The notes beneath the pieces were generated by a model. It made no database searches. It saw only the letters and a list, made by a program, of their open reading frames with translations, and was not told where the DNA came from. Positions 9,354 through 19,393 of a stretch of 64,000 nt of DNA are shown here, in pieces (the stretch's first letter is position 1; every line of letters starts with the position of its first letter). This stretch comes from Armatimonadota bacterium (lineage in GTDB: Bacteria; Armatimonadota; SYMT01): contig JBKBRF010000002.1 of assembly GCA_046292385.1 (NCBI GenBank), positions 235,653 to 299,652 on the forward strand, read 5' to 3'. The position numbers and the translations under genes were made by a program.

Positions 9354-10523
9354 ATGAGCTCCCTGATTGCGCCGCACGGCGGCACCCTGATCAATCGCCT
9401 CGCTTCCGAGGCGGAAGCTGCCGAGATCCGCGGCCGCGCCGGCTCCCTGCCCCGCCTCGTGCTCAACGCCCGCCAGGGCGCCGACTTCGAGATGATCGCC
9501 GTCGGCGCGCTGAGCCCGCTCACCGGGTTCATGAGCTCCGAGGCATACCAGTCGGTGATCGACACCCGCCACCTCCCCGGCGGCAAGCTCGCCTGGACGA
9601 TCCCGATCACCCTGGCTCCCGAGGACGCGGTGAGCGAGGGGATCTCCGTGGGCCAGGAAGTGGCGCTCTACTACGAAGACGGCGAGACGCTGGCCGGCGT
9701 GATCACCGTCTCCGAGAAGTTCCCGCTCCAGAAGGAGAAGGAAGCGCAGGCGGTCTACCGCACCACCGAGGAGGCCCACCCGGGCGTGGCCGCGGTCTAC
9801 GCGCAGGGCGCCACCGCCCTGGCGGGCGACATCACCGCCGTGGCGCTGCCGCCGTACGGCGACTTCCCCGAGTACCGCCTCACGCCGGAGCAGACCCGCG
9901 CCGCCTTCGCGGAGCGCGGCTGGAAGACCGTGGTGGCGTTCCAGACCCGCAACCCGATCCACCGCGCCCACGAGTACCTGCAGAAGTGCGCGCTGGAGAT
10001 GGTCGACGGCCTGCTGGTCCACCCGCTGGTCGGCGCCACCAAGGGCGACGACATCCCGGCCGACGTGCGCATGAAGTGCTACGTGGCGCTGCTCGACAAC
10101 TACTACCCGAAGGACCGCACCATGCTGGCGGTAAACCCGGCCGCCATGCGGTACGCCGGCCCCAGCGAGGCGATCTTCCACGCCATCATCCGCAAGAACT
10201 ACGGCTGCACCCACTTCATCGTGGGCCGCGACCACGCGGGCGTGGGCAACTACTACGGCACCTACGACGCGCAGCTCCTCTTCGAGGAGTTCGATCCGTC
10301 CGCGATCGAGATCGTGCCGCTGAAGTTCGAGCACAGCTTCTGGTGCAAGGCGTGCGAGGGCATGGCGAGCGGCAAGACCTGCCCGCACGGCCGTGAGGAG
10401 CACGTGGCGCTCTCCGGCACCAAGGTGCGCGAGATGCTCCGCGCCGGCGAGATCCCGCCGATGGAGTTCACCCGCCCCGAAGTGGCGCAGATCCTCATCA
10501 ACGCGATGCGAGAAAACGCGTAG
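9354..10523 (+). CDS. sat: Sulfate adenylyltransferase (ATP sulfurylase)
   Basis: VAFQTRNPIHRAHEY, MRYAGPSEA, HFIVGRDHAGVG, CKAC...CPH zinc motif, LSGTKVR. Confidence 0.97.
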   Translation: MSSLIAPHGGTLINRLASEAEAAEIRGRAGSLPRLVLNARQGADFEMIAVGALSPLTGFMSSEAYQSVIDTRHLPGGKLAWTIPITLAPEDAVSEGISVGQEVALYYEDGETLAGVITVSEKFPLQKEKEAQAVYRTTEEAHPGVAAVYAQGATALAGDITAVALPPYGDFPEYRLTPEQTRAAFAERGWKTVVAFQTRNPIHRAHEYLQKCALEMVDGLLVHPLVGATKGDDIPADVRMKCYVALLDNYYPKDRTMLAVNPAAMRYAGPSEAIFHAIIRKNYGCTHFIVGRDHAGVGNYYGTYDAQLLFEEFDPSAIEIVPLKFEHSFWCKACEGMASGKTCPHGREEHVALSGTKVREMLRAGEIPPMEFTRPEVAQILINAMRENA

Positions 10524-10530
10524 CAGCCTC

Positions 10531-10624
10531 AGGGTATAGGGTTTAGGGTCTAGGGTTTGGGGCACTCCCTCATCCGATCCCCTCCAAGCTTCTAAACCCT
10601 AACCCCTATACCCTAGCCCCTAGA
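10531..10624. repeat. Telomere-like TAGGGNN array and downstream complementary CCCTA array
   Basis: AGGGTATAGGGTTTAGGGTCTAGGGTTTGGGG ... CTAAACCCTAACCCCTATACCCTAGCCCCTAG, between the sat stop and the next ATG. Confidence 0.9.
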
Positions 10625-10625
10625 C

Positions 10626-12443
10626 ATGCCCTGGGAAGCCTGGTTCACTCTCGCCGTCGTCGTCCTGGTCTTTATCGGGATGGTCAAGGAGTGGGGCACG
10701 CCCGACGTGCTGCTCCTGGCCGGAACCATCGCCTGCGCGCTCGTCGGTATCATCAGTACCGACGAGGCCCTCCGCGGCTTCTCCAACGAGGGGATGCTCA
10801 CCGTCGCCGCCCTCTTCATCGTGGCGGCCGCCATGCGGGAGACCGGCGCGCTCGACGTCGTCGGTAAACGCATGCTCGGGAAGGCGACCACGGCCGATAG
10901 CGTGCTGCGGCGGATGTTCCTCTGGGTAAGCACCCTCTCGGCGTTCCTGAACAACACGCCGATCGTGGCGATGCTGCTGCCGATCCTGAACGATTGGTGC
11001 CGCAAGAACCGCGTCTCCCCCTCCAAGGTGCTGATCCCGCTCTCCTTCTTCACCATCCTGGGCGGGATGTGTACCCTGATCGGCACCAGCACCAACCTGG
11101 TGGTCCGCGGCCTGATGGAAGAGGCGTTCGACCGGGCGCAGGATCCGCTGGTGAAGGCGGCGCTAACGCCGCCCGGCGTCTTCGAGATCTCGCCGCTCGG
11201 CATCCCGGTCGCCATCATCGGCGGCCTCTTCATCTTCTTCGTGGGGCGCCGGCTGCTTCCGGACCGCAAAGACCTGCTGGAGCAGCTCGGAGAAAGCTCC
11301 CGCGAGTATCTGGTCGACATGGAGATCCTGCCGGGCTGCCGCCTGGCCGGGCAGACCGTGGAGGAAGCGGGCCTGCGCCACCTCCCGGGGCTCTACCTGA
11401 TCGAGATCGTGCGCGGAGACCGGGTGATCACCCCGGTGGGTCCGGACCAGAACCTGCGGGCCGGGGACCGGCTCACCTTTACCGGGGTCGTGACGTCGAT
11501 CGTCGACCTGGAGCGCATCCCCGGCTTCGTTCCCGCGGCCGACGAGGGCTACGAGTCCCGCGCGGACCAGCGGCGGAAGCGCCGCCTCAGCGAGGCGGTG
11601 ATCTCGCCCAGCTCGCCCCTGATCGGCAAGACGATCCGCGACTCCGACTTCCGCGCGATGTACAACGCCGCCGTCGTGGCGGTCCACCGCGGCGGCACCC
11701 GCCTCACCGGCCGCGTCGGCGACATCGAGCTCCGGGCCGGCGACACCCTGCTGCTGCAGACCGGCCCCAACTTTGCCCGCGCCCACCGCAACAACGCCGA
11801 CTTCGTCCTGGTGAGCCACCTGGAGGGCGTGCGCCCGGTCCGCCACCACCGCGCGACGGTGGCGCTGATCCTGCTCGGCTTCCTGATCCTGCTGATGGTG
11901 ACGGAGGTGGTGAGCGTGGTGATGGCGTCGTTCCTGATCGCCGCGCTGATGATCGCCACCCGCTGCATCTCGACCGCCGACGCGCACGAGAGCGTCGACT
12001 GGCAGACGCTGATCAGCATCGCCGCCGCGTTCGGTCTCGGCAAGGCGCTCGAGAACTCCGGCGCCGCGGAAATGATCGGCGCCGCGGTGGTCAAGCTGAC
12101 CAGCGGCTTCGGCCCGGTGGCGGTGCTGGCGGCGATCTACCTGGTGACGGTGATCATGACGGAGCTGATCTCCAACAACGCCGCCGCCGCCCTGATGTTC
12201 CCGCTCGCCGTGGCGGTGGCCGGTCAGCTTGGCGTGAGCCCGCGCCCGTTCGCTTTCGCCATCATGTTCGGCGCCACCCTCGCCTTCGCCACCCCGATCG
12301 GCTACCAGACCAACATGATGGTCTACGGACCCGGCGGCTACCGCTTCACCGACTTCACCCGCATCGGCGTCCCGCTCAATATCCTGCTCTGGATCGTCGC
12401 CTGTCTCCTGATCCCGGTCTTCTGGCCGTTTTCGCTGCGCTGA
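10626..12443 (+). CDS. SLC13/CitMHS-type anion permease with two TrkA-C domains (probable sulfate transporter)
   Basis: LSAFLNNTPIVA, GGMCTLIGTSTN, central TrkA-C repeats, TELISNNAAA, FATPIGYQTNMMVYGPGGYRF; follows sat. Confidence 0.9.
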   Translation: MPWEAWFTLAVVVLVFIGMVKEWGTPDVLLLAGTIACALVGIISTDEALRGFSNEGMLTVAALFIVAAAMRETGALDVVGKRMLGKATTADSVLRRMFLWVSTLSAFLNNTPIVAMLLPILNDWCRKNRVSPSKVLIPLSFFTILGGMCTLIGTSTNLVVRGLMEEAFDRAQDPLVKAALTPPGVFEISPLGIPVAIIGGLFIFFVGRRLLPDRKDLLEQLGESSREYLVDMEILPGCRLAGQTVEEAGLRHLPGLYLIEIVRGDRVITPVGPDQNLRAGDRLTFTGVVTSIVDLERIPGFVPAADEGYESRADQRRKRRLSEAVISPSSPLIGKTIRDSDFRAMYNAAVVAVHRGGTRLTGRVGDIELRAGDTLLLQTGPNFARAHRNNADFVLVSHLEGVRPVRHHRATVALILLGFLILLMVTEVVSVVMASFLIAALMIATRCISTADAHESVDWQTLISIAAAFGLGKALENSGAAEMIGAAVVKLTSGFGPVAVLAAIYLVTVIMTELISNNAAAALMFPLAVAVAGQLGVSPRPFAFAIMFGATLAFATPIGYQTNMMVYGPGGYRFTDFTRIGVPLNILLWIVACLLIPVFWPFSLR

Positions 12444-12451
12444 CGCTCCGC

Positions 12452-12554
12452 GAGGGTCTAGGGTGTAGGGGTTAGGGTGTAGCGTGTAGGGCCGGCGGGG
12501 GCGTAGTGCGCCACTCGGAGACGGACGGTCCTACTCCTACTCGTTCTTCTACTC
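12452..12554. repeat. TAGGGNN array followed by a CTACTC-type hexamer array
   Basis: GAGGGTCTAGGGTGTAGGGGTTAGGGTGTAGCGTGTAGGG just after the stop codon; CTACTCCTACTCGTTCTTCTACTC at about 12531-12554. Confidence 0.8.
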
Positions 12555-12756
12555 GGCGCCGGACGATCGCTGCCTGGCAGTCCGGTTTGGATGAGCACTG
12601 CCCCCCGCATCCTAACGCGGCAGATCGGTCATTCGGCAGTGCCCAGCGCAAGCGGCTCCCCGTTCCCCCACACTGCAGGAAAACCCGGGAATCCTGCCGA
12701 ACTGCCGGGAGAGGGCTTGCTCGCCTTCTCCTGTCGCGGTCCCCGCAGAGGCTTCG

Positions 12757-13866
12757 ATGTCGATCTTCCGCCTGCTTCCGTTCGTGCTCGGTCTCGGGGC
12801 GCTCCTGACGCTCGTTCCGCCCGCCTCCGCGGGGCTCTCCGGAGTTCCCGCTCCGCAGGCGCTGATCTACGGCGGGTACCTGGAGCCGGCGGATTTCAGC
12901 GCCCAGGGGACGGCCTCCGTGTCACCGGGGCTGATCACGCTGACCGATAAGTCGCAGGACGGCGCCGCCGGCAGCGCCTTCTTGCTTCAGCGGGTAACCA
13001 CCCAGCGCTTTGTAGCGGGCCTCAAGTTCCGAATCGACCCGGGCGCCGGCTTCGGCGAGACAAGCGGTGATGGCTTCACGTTTCTCATCGCGAAGTCACC
13101 CGACGCGCTCGGCACGTCCGGCACCGGCATGGGGCTCGACACCACCGAGAGCGGCGGCTTCGCGGTGGAGTTCGATACCTGGAAAAACTCCGACTTCGGC
13201 GATCCGGACGGCAACCACGTAGCGCTCGTGTTGAACGGAAACATCCGGGAGACGGTAGGCTCCCCGGCTCCAGTGGCGCAGCCGTTCGACGACGGCCAGT
13301 CCCACTACGTCACGATCGCCTACGAGGCGCTCCCGGAAGGTGGGCACGTGATCGTGGTGATGGACGGGCAGCTTTGCCTCGATGTGACCGATCCCGCAAT
13401 ACCCGCACCGGACGGTTACTTCGGCTTCTCCGCCGGCACCGGCGCGGCCACCGCGACCCACATGATCGAGGGCTTCGCGCTGGAGGCGGATGCGCCGCCG
13501 AGCACTCCCGGCGCGCGGGTGAGAGCCACTGGCAAGCTGCGTGGGCCAGTCGGCTTTCAGGGCCCCCTCGCACTGGACGTATCGTCCAACTCACGGAGAA
13601 ATGTGAAGGGACGGATCGAGTTGAACGCAAAGTCCGATCCGTTCGGCCGGAAGTACATCCACCACATCAGCTCGCTGGTGGTCACCGGTCGTAACCAGGC
13701 CACCATCTACGGGATCGGCCCTGGCCGGCGCCTGGTGCGGGTGGACGTGGTCGACGGGCGCGATCGCGAGACCGTGCGCCTCGTGGAATTCTCCCTCGGC
13801 CCCTACAAGCAGGGCACGCTCCCCCGCGGCCGCGTCTCCATTTCCGTCCGACGCGATAACCGTTAG
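12757..13866 (+). CDS. Secreted legume (L-type) lectin domain protein
   Basis: Signal peptide; GDGFTF, FAVEFDTWKN, DPDGNHVAL, YFGFSAGTGA are legume-lectin motifs. Confidence 0.8.
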   Translation: MSIFRLLPFVLGLGALLTLVPPASAGLSGVPAPQALIYGGYLEPADFSAQGTASVSPGLITLTDKSQDGAAGSAFLLQRVTTQRFVAGLKFRIDPGAGFGETSGDGFTFLIAKSPDALGTSGTGMGLDTTESGGFAVEFDTWKNSDFGDPDGNHVALVLNGNIRETVGSPAPVAQPFDDGQSHYVTIAYEALPEGGHVIVVMDGQLCLDVTDPAIPAPDGYFGFSAGTGAATATHMIEGFALEADAPPSTPGARVRATGKLRGPVGFQGPLALDVSSNSRRNVKGRIELNAKSDPFGRKYIHHISSLVVTGRNQATIYGIGPGRRLVRVDVVDGRDRETVRLVEFSLGPYKQGTLPRGRVSISVRRDNR

Positions 13867-13906
13867 TAACCCGGCTCCCGGACCGAGGAGTGCTGCAGTA
13901 CCAGCA

Positions 13907-13942
13907 AGGCGCCCCGCCTTCCTCTCGGAGAGCGGGGCGCCT
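13907..13942. terminator. GC stem-loop between the convergent lectin gene and putA
   Basis: AGGCGCCCCGC...GCGGGGCGCCT inverted repeat. Confidence 0.6.
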
Positions 13943-13962
13943 CGGCGTTTGCCGACGGTCGA

Positions 13963-16900
13963 TCAGAGCCCGCCGAGCTCGGCGTCGACGCTGGCGTCTT
14001 CCGGGGCGAAGCCGCGGCGGATGGTGTTCTCCGTCACGGTGCGCGGCTCCAGGAACTGCAGCAGGTAGTCCGGCCCTCCGGCCTTGCTGCCGATGCCGCT
14101 CATCTTGAACCCGCCGAACGGCTGCCGGCCGACGATGGCGCCGGTGATCTTGCGGTTCAGGTAGAGGTTGCCCACCCGGAACTGCTCCCGCGCCTGCTCC
14201 AGCCGGGACGGGCTGCGGCTGTAGAGCCCGCCGGTGAGGGCGTAGCTGGTGCCGTTGGCCAGCTCCAGCGCGTGCGCGAAGCTCTCCGCCCGCATCACCG
14301 CCAGCACGGGGCCGAAGATCTCTTCCTGCGCGAGCGGGCTCTCGTGCGGCACGTCGGTGAAGATCGTCGGGCCGACGAAGTAGCCGTCGCCGAGGTGGGA
14401 GACGTCAGTCTCCAGCGCGAGCCGCGCCACCTGCTTGCCGCCTTCGATCGCCTTCCGGATGTTGTCCCGCGCGCGGCCCTCGATCACCGGCCCCATGAAG
14501 TGGAGCGGCTCTTCCGGCATGCCGATCCGCAGGCTGCGCGACGCCTCGACCAGCCGCCGCACGAAGAGGTCGTAGTTGCCGCCGACCACGATCGCGCGGG
14601 AGCAGGCGCTGCACTTCTGCCCCTGGAACCCGAAGGCGGAGGCGGCGGTGCCGAGGACGGCGTCGTCGATGTCGGCGTCGCTGTCGATGAGGATCGCGTT
14701 CTTGCCGCCCAGCTCCGCGATCACCCGCTTCAGGTGGTGCTGGCCCTCCACCACCTCCGCGGCGAGCCGCATGATGCGGGTGCCGACCGCCCGGCTGCCG
14801 GTGAAGGCGATCACGTGGACCAGCGGGTGGCGGACCAGGTACTCGCCCACCTCCGCGCCGGGACCTGGGACGAAGTTCACCACGCCGGCCGGGAGCCCGA
14901 TCTCCTGCAGGATCTGCACCAGCATCGCGGCGATCACCGGGGTCTGGGTCGCCGGCTTCAGCACCGCGGTATTGCCGGAGACGATCGTGGCGGAGAGCAT
15001 CCCGGTGAGGATCGCCAGCGGGAAGTTCCACGGCGGGATCACCACCCCCACCCCGCGCGGCACGTAGAAGAGGCTGTTCGTCTCCCCCGGCACGTTCAGC
15101 GGGATCGGCTGTGAGAGCCGGAGTGCCTCCCGGGCGTAGTACTCCAGGAAGTCGATCGCCTCCGTCACGTCGGCGTCTGCCTCGCGCCAGGTCTTTCCGG
15201 CCTCCCACACCTGGCAGGCGGAGAACTCGTCCCGCCGCTCCCGCAGGCGCGCCGCCGCCTGGAGCAGGTAGCCGGCCCGCGCTTCGGCGCCGAGGTCGCG
15301 CCACGCCGGGTAGGCCGCCGCCGCGGCGCGGACCGCCGCCTCCGCCTGCTGGAGGGTGGCCGAGGCGACGCGCCCCACCACCTCCGCCGGCCGCGCCGGG
15401 TTGAGCGACTCGATCCAGTCGCCGGAGTGCTGCTCCCGGCCGTCGATCAGCAGCGGGTACTCCCGGCCGAACTCGCCGCGCACCTTCCGGAGGGCGGCGG
15501 CGAAGCGGTCGCGCTCTTCCGCGGCGGTGAAGCGGTGCACCGGCTCGTTGCGGAACGGCGGCAGCGCCAGGCCGGAGACCGCCGGCGCCGCCGGAGCGGT
15601 CCCGCGGCCGGTGGCGACCGGCTCCAGCCCGGGGACCGGGGAGGGCGCGCCGTTCAGGGACGGGGCGCCGGGCTGCGGCGCGGGCGGCTGCAGGAGCGTC
15701 TCCGCCGGAAGCTCCTCAGCGAAGCCCATCCGCAGGAAGCTCTGGCTGGCGGTGTTCTCCAACAGGCGCCGCACCAGGTAGGCCATGCCGGGGATCAGCT
15801 CTCCGAACGGCACGTAGACCCGCAGCCGCCGGCCCATCCGCGCCACCGCGTCTTTCAGCGGATCGGCCATGCCGTAGAGCATCTGCAGCTCGAACTGGTC
15901 CGGCCGCAGCCCGCGCTCGTCCGCCAGCGCCATCGCCAGCGCGAGGCTGCGGACGTTGTGCGTGGCGATCGCCGCCTCCAGGTGGGGATGGCTCGCCAGC
16001 AGGAGGCGCGCGCACCGCTCGTAGGAGCGGTCGGTCTCCCACTTCTCCGTCCAGACCGGGATCGGCCAGTCGTTCTGCCGCGCGATCACCGTCTCGAAGT
16101 CCCAGTAGGCGCCGCGGACCAGCCGCACCGTCACCGGCGTGCCGCGCTCCCGCGCCCACTCCGCCAGCCCGCCGAGGTCCGCCTCCGTCTCCCGCAGGTA
16201 AGCCTGCATCGCCAGCCCCACGTCCGGCCAGTCGCGGAACTCCGGCTCCATCAGCACCTCGCGGAAGAGCCGGAGCGTGATCTCCTTCAGGTCGTACTGC
16301 TCCATGTCGAGGCAGATGAACGCCCCCTTCTCCCGGGCGGAGCGCAGGATCGGCCGCAGCCGCTCCGCCGCCAGGCGGACGCTGCCCTCCGGGTCGACCG
16401 GCGTCATCTGGGAGCAGAGCGAGGAGACCTTTACAGACAGGTTCAGCCGCGGCGCGGGGCGGCCGTTCACCGTGTCGAGCAGCGGGTTCGGCTTCCAACG
16501 GGTCACGCGCGGGGTGAACTCGTCCAGGAGCTGGAGGTACTTGCCGAAGTAATGCTCCGCCTCCGCCTCGCTCACCGTCGCCTCGCCGAGGAGGTCGAGA
16601 GTGAACGCCATGTCGTCCTTGCGGATCTCCTCCACGGCGCGGAGGGCGTCCTTCACGGTGGCGCCGCCGATGAACTTGGAGGCGAGGGCGTGGATGGCGG
16701 TGCGGACCGCGCCGGCCGCCAGCTTGGCGGTAAGACCGCCGCCCGCATGGTCGATCCCCCAGCGCGCGACTCCCGGAAGCGGCAGCTCCTCGTCCGCGAA
16801 GTACTCCTTCAGGTGGCGGCCGAGGTCGGCATCGTCGGTCAGCGCGGGGAGCACGTCAACGAACCGGAGCGCCTGGATGCGGAAGCTCTCGTTCGACATC

Positions 16901-17067
16901 AGCTTCTGGAAGAGCGTCTCTTCCCAGCGCTCCCGCGCCCAGAACCCGGTCTTCCGCTCCCGCGCCTCCGCCAGCAGGCGCGAGCCCAGCTCCGTCACCC
17001 GCCGCTCCAGAGCCCCGTCCGGCTCCACCCCGCGAGCCGCCGTCCCCCACTGCTCCCGCGTCTCCAT
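13963..17067 (-). CDS. putA: Bifunctional proline dehydrogenase / L-glutamate gamma-semialdehyde dehydrogenase
   Basis: LDLLGE, RLVRGAYW, ATHN, QMLYGM, YLVRRLLEN (PRODH); PWNFPLAI, FTGS, ELGGKN, FQGQKCSA, EEIFGP, RQPFGG (ALDH). No N-terminal RHH domain seen. Confidence 0.97.
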   Translation of the reverse strand: METREQWGTAARGVEPDGALERRVTELGSRLLAEARERKTGFWARERWEETLFQKLMSNESFRIQALRFVDVLPALTDDADLGRHLKEYFADEELPLPGVARWGIDHAGGGLTAKLAAGAVRTAIHALASKFIGGATVKDALRAVEEIRKDDMAFTLDLLGEATVSEAEAEHYFGKYLQLLDEFTPRVTRWKPNPLLDTVNGRPAPRLNLSVKVSSLCSQMTPVDPEGSVRLAAERLRPILRSAREKGAFICLDMEQYDLKEITLRLFREVLMEPEFRDWPDVGLAMQAYLRETEADLGGLAEWARERGTPVTVRLVRGAYWDFETVIARQNDWPIPVWTEKWETDRSYERCARLLLASHPHLEAAIATHNVRSLALAMALADERGLRPDQFELQMLYGMADPLKDAVARMGRRLRVYVPFGELIPGMAYLVRRLLENTASQSFLRMGFAEELPAETLLQPPAPQPGAPSLNGAPSPVPGLEPVATGRGTAPAAPAVSGLALPPFRNEPVHRFTAAEERDRFAAALRKVRGEFGREYPLLIDGREQHSGDWIESLNPARPAEVVGRVASATLQQAEAAVRAAAAAYPAWRDLGAEARAGYLLQAAARLRERRDEFSACQVWEAGKTWREADADVTEAIDFLEYYAREALRLSQPIPLNVPGETNSLFYVPRGVGVVIPPWNFPLAILTGMLSATIVSGNTAVLKPATQTPVIAAMLVQILQEIGLPAGVVNFVPGPGAEVGEYLVRHPLVHVIAFTGSRAVGTRIMRLAAEVVEGQHHLKRVIAELGGKNAILIDSDADIDDAVLGTAASAFGFQGQKCSACSRAIVVGGNYDLFVRRLVEASRSLRIGMPEEPLHFMGPVIEGRARDNIRKAIEGGKQVARLALETDVSHLGDGYFVGPTIFTDVPHESPLAQEEIFGPVLAVMRAESFAHALELANGTSYALTGGLYSRSPSRLEQAREQFRVGNLYLNRKITGAIVGRQPFGGFKMSGIGSKAGGPDYLLQFLEPRTVTENTIRRGFAPEDASVDAELGGL

Positions 17068-17168
17068 CGCTCCCCGCTCTCTCAGAAGAGGCGGCCGGTC
17101 GCACGCCTCCGCACTGCCCACTCCCAGGATTCATGGTAGCCGCGCCGCGCACGGCGGGAAAACGCAGA

Positions 17169-17350
17169 GTATTGCGTAGTCTTCGTATTCCGTATCTCGT
17201 ATTGCGTAGCGGCTCGCCTGTCACTCGTTCCGAAAGATCCTGCCGGGCGAGAAGTTGGAAGAGCGCACCGCCCGGCACGACGTGCTGTGAAGCGGAGAGA
17301 GCACTCCGCTACGGAATACGGAATACGCAATACTGCGATACGCAATACGC
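17169..17350. repeat. Inverted heptamer arrays (CGTATTG/CGTATTC vs TACGCAA/TACGGAA) upstream of putA
   Basis: GTATTGCGTAGTCTTCGTATTCCGTATCTCGTATTGCGTAG (17169-17209) and CTACGGAATACGGAATACGCAATACTGCGATACGCAATACGC (17309-17350). Confidence 0.85.
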
Positions 17351-17387
17351 CTCTCCCGCAAGCAAGCCCCTGCTTCCGCGTCCATCT

Positions 17388-18308
17388 TCAGCCCCCGATA
17401 GCAGCCAGCCCCTCCGCCACCGCGACCGCCGGCTCCCAGCCGCTGCCGTGGTCTTCCACGCTCCACCAGGCGGAGAGCACCGCCTGCGCCACGGCCCAGG
17501 CGCGCACCCGCTGCGGGTCGAAGCCGAGCTCCGCGTGGAAGATCTCGATCCGCCGGCGCAGGAGGGCGGGCAGGTCTGGCGCTCCCAGGAGCCCCGGGAG
17601 CGGGTTCCGAAGCCAGGCGCCCGTCTCGTACTCCGCCTCTCCGGCGAGCCCCTTCGGATCGATAGCGCGCCACTCGCCGCTCGCGGAGAGGACGTTCCAG
17701 TGGTGGAGGTCGGCGTGGAGCAGGACCGGCTCGCCGGAGGTGGCGAGCAGCTCCCGGAAGTGCGACTCCGCCCGAGCCACCAGCCCCGACGGGAGCGGCC
17801 CCGTCCCCCCGCCGAAGCGGTGCCGCAGCCGCGCCAGCCCCTCCGCCCACTGCTCGACCGCCGGAAACGGGTGCCCGCTCGGCAGCGGACGCCGCAGCCG
17901 CCGCATCACCCCGGCGGCGAGGGTGGTCGCCTCCTCGTCCGGGAGGTCGAGGAGCGTGGTCCCCGGCTCCAGCCGCTCCAGGAGCAGCGCGCCGTCGTCC
18001 GGCTCCGCGCCGAGGAGCCGCACCGCGCCGGCGCCCGCGTAGAGCCGCAGCGCCTCGATCTCACCGGTCAGCTCCGGGTGCGGCACCCCCAGCTTCAGCA
18101 CCACCGGGGAGCCGTCCGCCCGCCAAGCCCGGGTGACGTAGTGGTAGGTGAGCGGCGCGTACGGGGCTTCGAGCCGGAGGCTCCACCGCGCCGCGCAGCG
18201 TGCCAGCAGCTCCGGGAAGCGGTCCAGCCAGACGCGCCCTGCCTCGCCGTGGACCTCCAGGGTCGTGCGAGCTAGGCCCTGCGGAAGGCGGGTGGAGAGC
18301 GGCGTCAT
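17388..18308 (-). CDS. Aminoglycoside/hydroxyurea resistance kinase family protein (APH(6)/StrB-like)
   Basis: PVVLKL, GAVRLL, LLLERL, LLHADLHHWNVL, AIDPKG; ATG overlaps the upstream stop (ATGA). Confidence 0.85.
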   Translation of the reverse strand: MTPLSTRLPQGLARTTLEVHGEAGRVWLDRFPELLARCAARWSLRLEAPYAPLTYHYVTRAWRADGSPVVLKLGVPHPELTGEIEALRLYAGAGAVRLLGAEPDDGALLLERLEPGTTLLDLPDEEATTLAAGVMRRLRRPLPSGHPFPAVEQWAEGLARLRHRFGGGTGPLPSGLVARAESHFRELLATSGEPVLLHADLHHWNVLSASGEWRAIDPKGLAGEAEYETGAWLRNPLPGLLGAPDLPALLRRRIEIFHAELGFDPQRVRAWAVAQAVLSAWWSVEDHGSGWEPAVAVAEGLAAIGG

Positions 18309-19201
18309 GGCTGCGCCTCCACGGCCGCGCGGGCACGCGGGATCAGGAACCAGAGCGCTGCGATCAGCACCAGCAGGTGGAGCGCGGAGCCGGCAGACTG
18401 GTGGAGCCAGCCTTCCTGCACCAGCAGCTTCGACAGCCAGTTGGCCCACGCGATCGCGAAGACGCCCTGCAGAAAGACCAGCCCGTAGACCGCCAGCAGC
18501 GCCGTCCGCAGCCGCTTGCACAGGGCGGAGAGGCAGACCATCACCGCGCAGGTGAGGAGCAGCCCCACCGGCCACGCGACAGTCGTGAAGAGCATCGTCA
18601 TCGCTGCGTGGACCGGCGACGGGAATTCGGGAGCGAGCTCGTTCAGAATCGGCGGCGCCGACCACTCCTCCGACAGCGCCGGGAAGCGCAGCAGGAACAG
18701 GATCAGGAGGTCGAGCAGCACGCGTCCGGCCAGCAGCAGCAGGAACGGGAGCGCCGCCGCCAGTCCTTTCGCCAGCAGGATCTCGCCCGAGGTCAGGCGC
18801 GTGACCGTCACCTCGTCCAGTCGCAGCTGCTCCCGCTCGCCCGCGATGCTGGTGGCGAGGAACGCCGGCAGCAGGAGCCAGAACGCCGGCGCGGTGAGCG
18901 AGGCGACGACGATCTCGACGCGGTACAGGAACTGCCACTGCGCCGGACCGACCACCAGGACATCCTCGAACACCCAGAGCAGATCGTTGGTGAGCTGGAG
19001 TACGGCGGCGGAGCAATTCAGCACCATCCAGGTGCTCCCGAAGCCGATCGCCGGGTGGTTGATCACCCAGGTGATCAGCACCTGCAGCACCACGATGACC
19101 GCCAGCACCAGGAGCGCCGCCCGGATCTGCGGCGGGCGCCAGCGGTGGCGGAGGTCGAGGCGGAAGTAGGCCCAGGCGGCGCTGCTCATGAGCGGGATCA
19201 T
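18305..19201 (-). CDS. ABC-2-type permease-like membrane protein
   Basis: Several TM helices; SIAGEREQLRLDEVTVTRLTSGEILLAKG matches the ABC-2 'ERE.GTL..L..TP....I..GK' pattern. Confidence 0.65.
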   Translation of the reverse strand: MIPLMSSAAWAYFRLDLRHRWRPPQIRAALLVLAVIVVLQVLITWVINHPAIGFGSTWMVLNCSAAVLQLTNDLLWVFEDVLVVGPAQWQFLYRVEIVVASLTAPAFWLLLPAFLATSIAGEREQLRLDEVTVTRLTSGEILLAKGLAAALPFLLLLAGRVLLDLLILFLLRFPALSEEWSAPPILNELAPEFPSPVHAAMTMLFTTVAWPVGLLLTCAVMVCLSALCKRLRTALLAVYGLVFLQGVFAIAWANWLSKLLVQEGWLHQSAGSALHLLVLIAALWFLIPRARAAVEAQP

Positions 19202-19393
19202 GGGAGGGACTCGGGATCTCTGGCGACCGGTCTGTGGATTGCGGGGGCGGCGGTCTCTCGCGTGCCTCCTTGTCGCGATCGGCACCTACGTTAGTGAACA
19301 CCCGGGCCGCGCCGGGGTTTCGTTGACGGCGCGCGGCGTTCTCCGCTATACCTGAGCCGACCGCCGGGCTGCCGGCGAAGGGACCGCTGCCCC

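Noticed and set aside
18309..19301. Apparent 637-aa kinase fusion
   Set aside because: The extension is an alternative frame of the permease gene; the kinase starts at ATG 18308.
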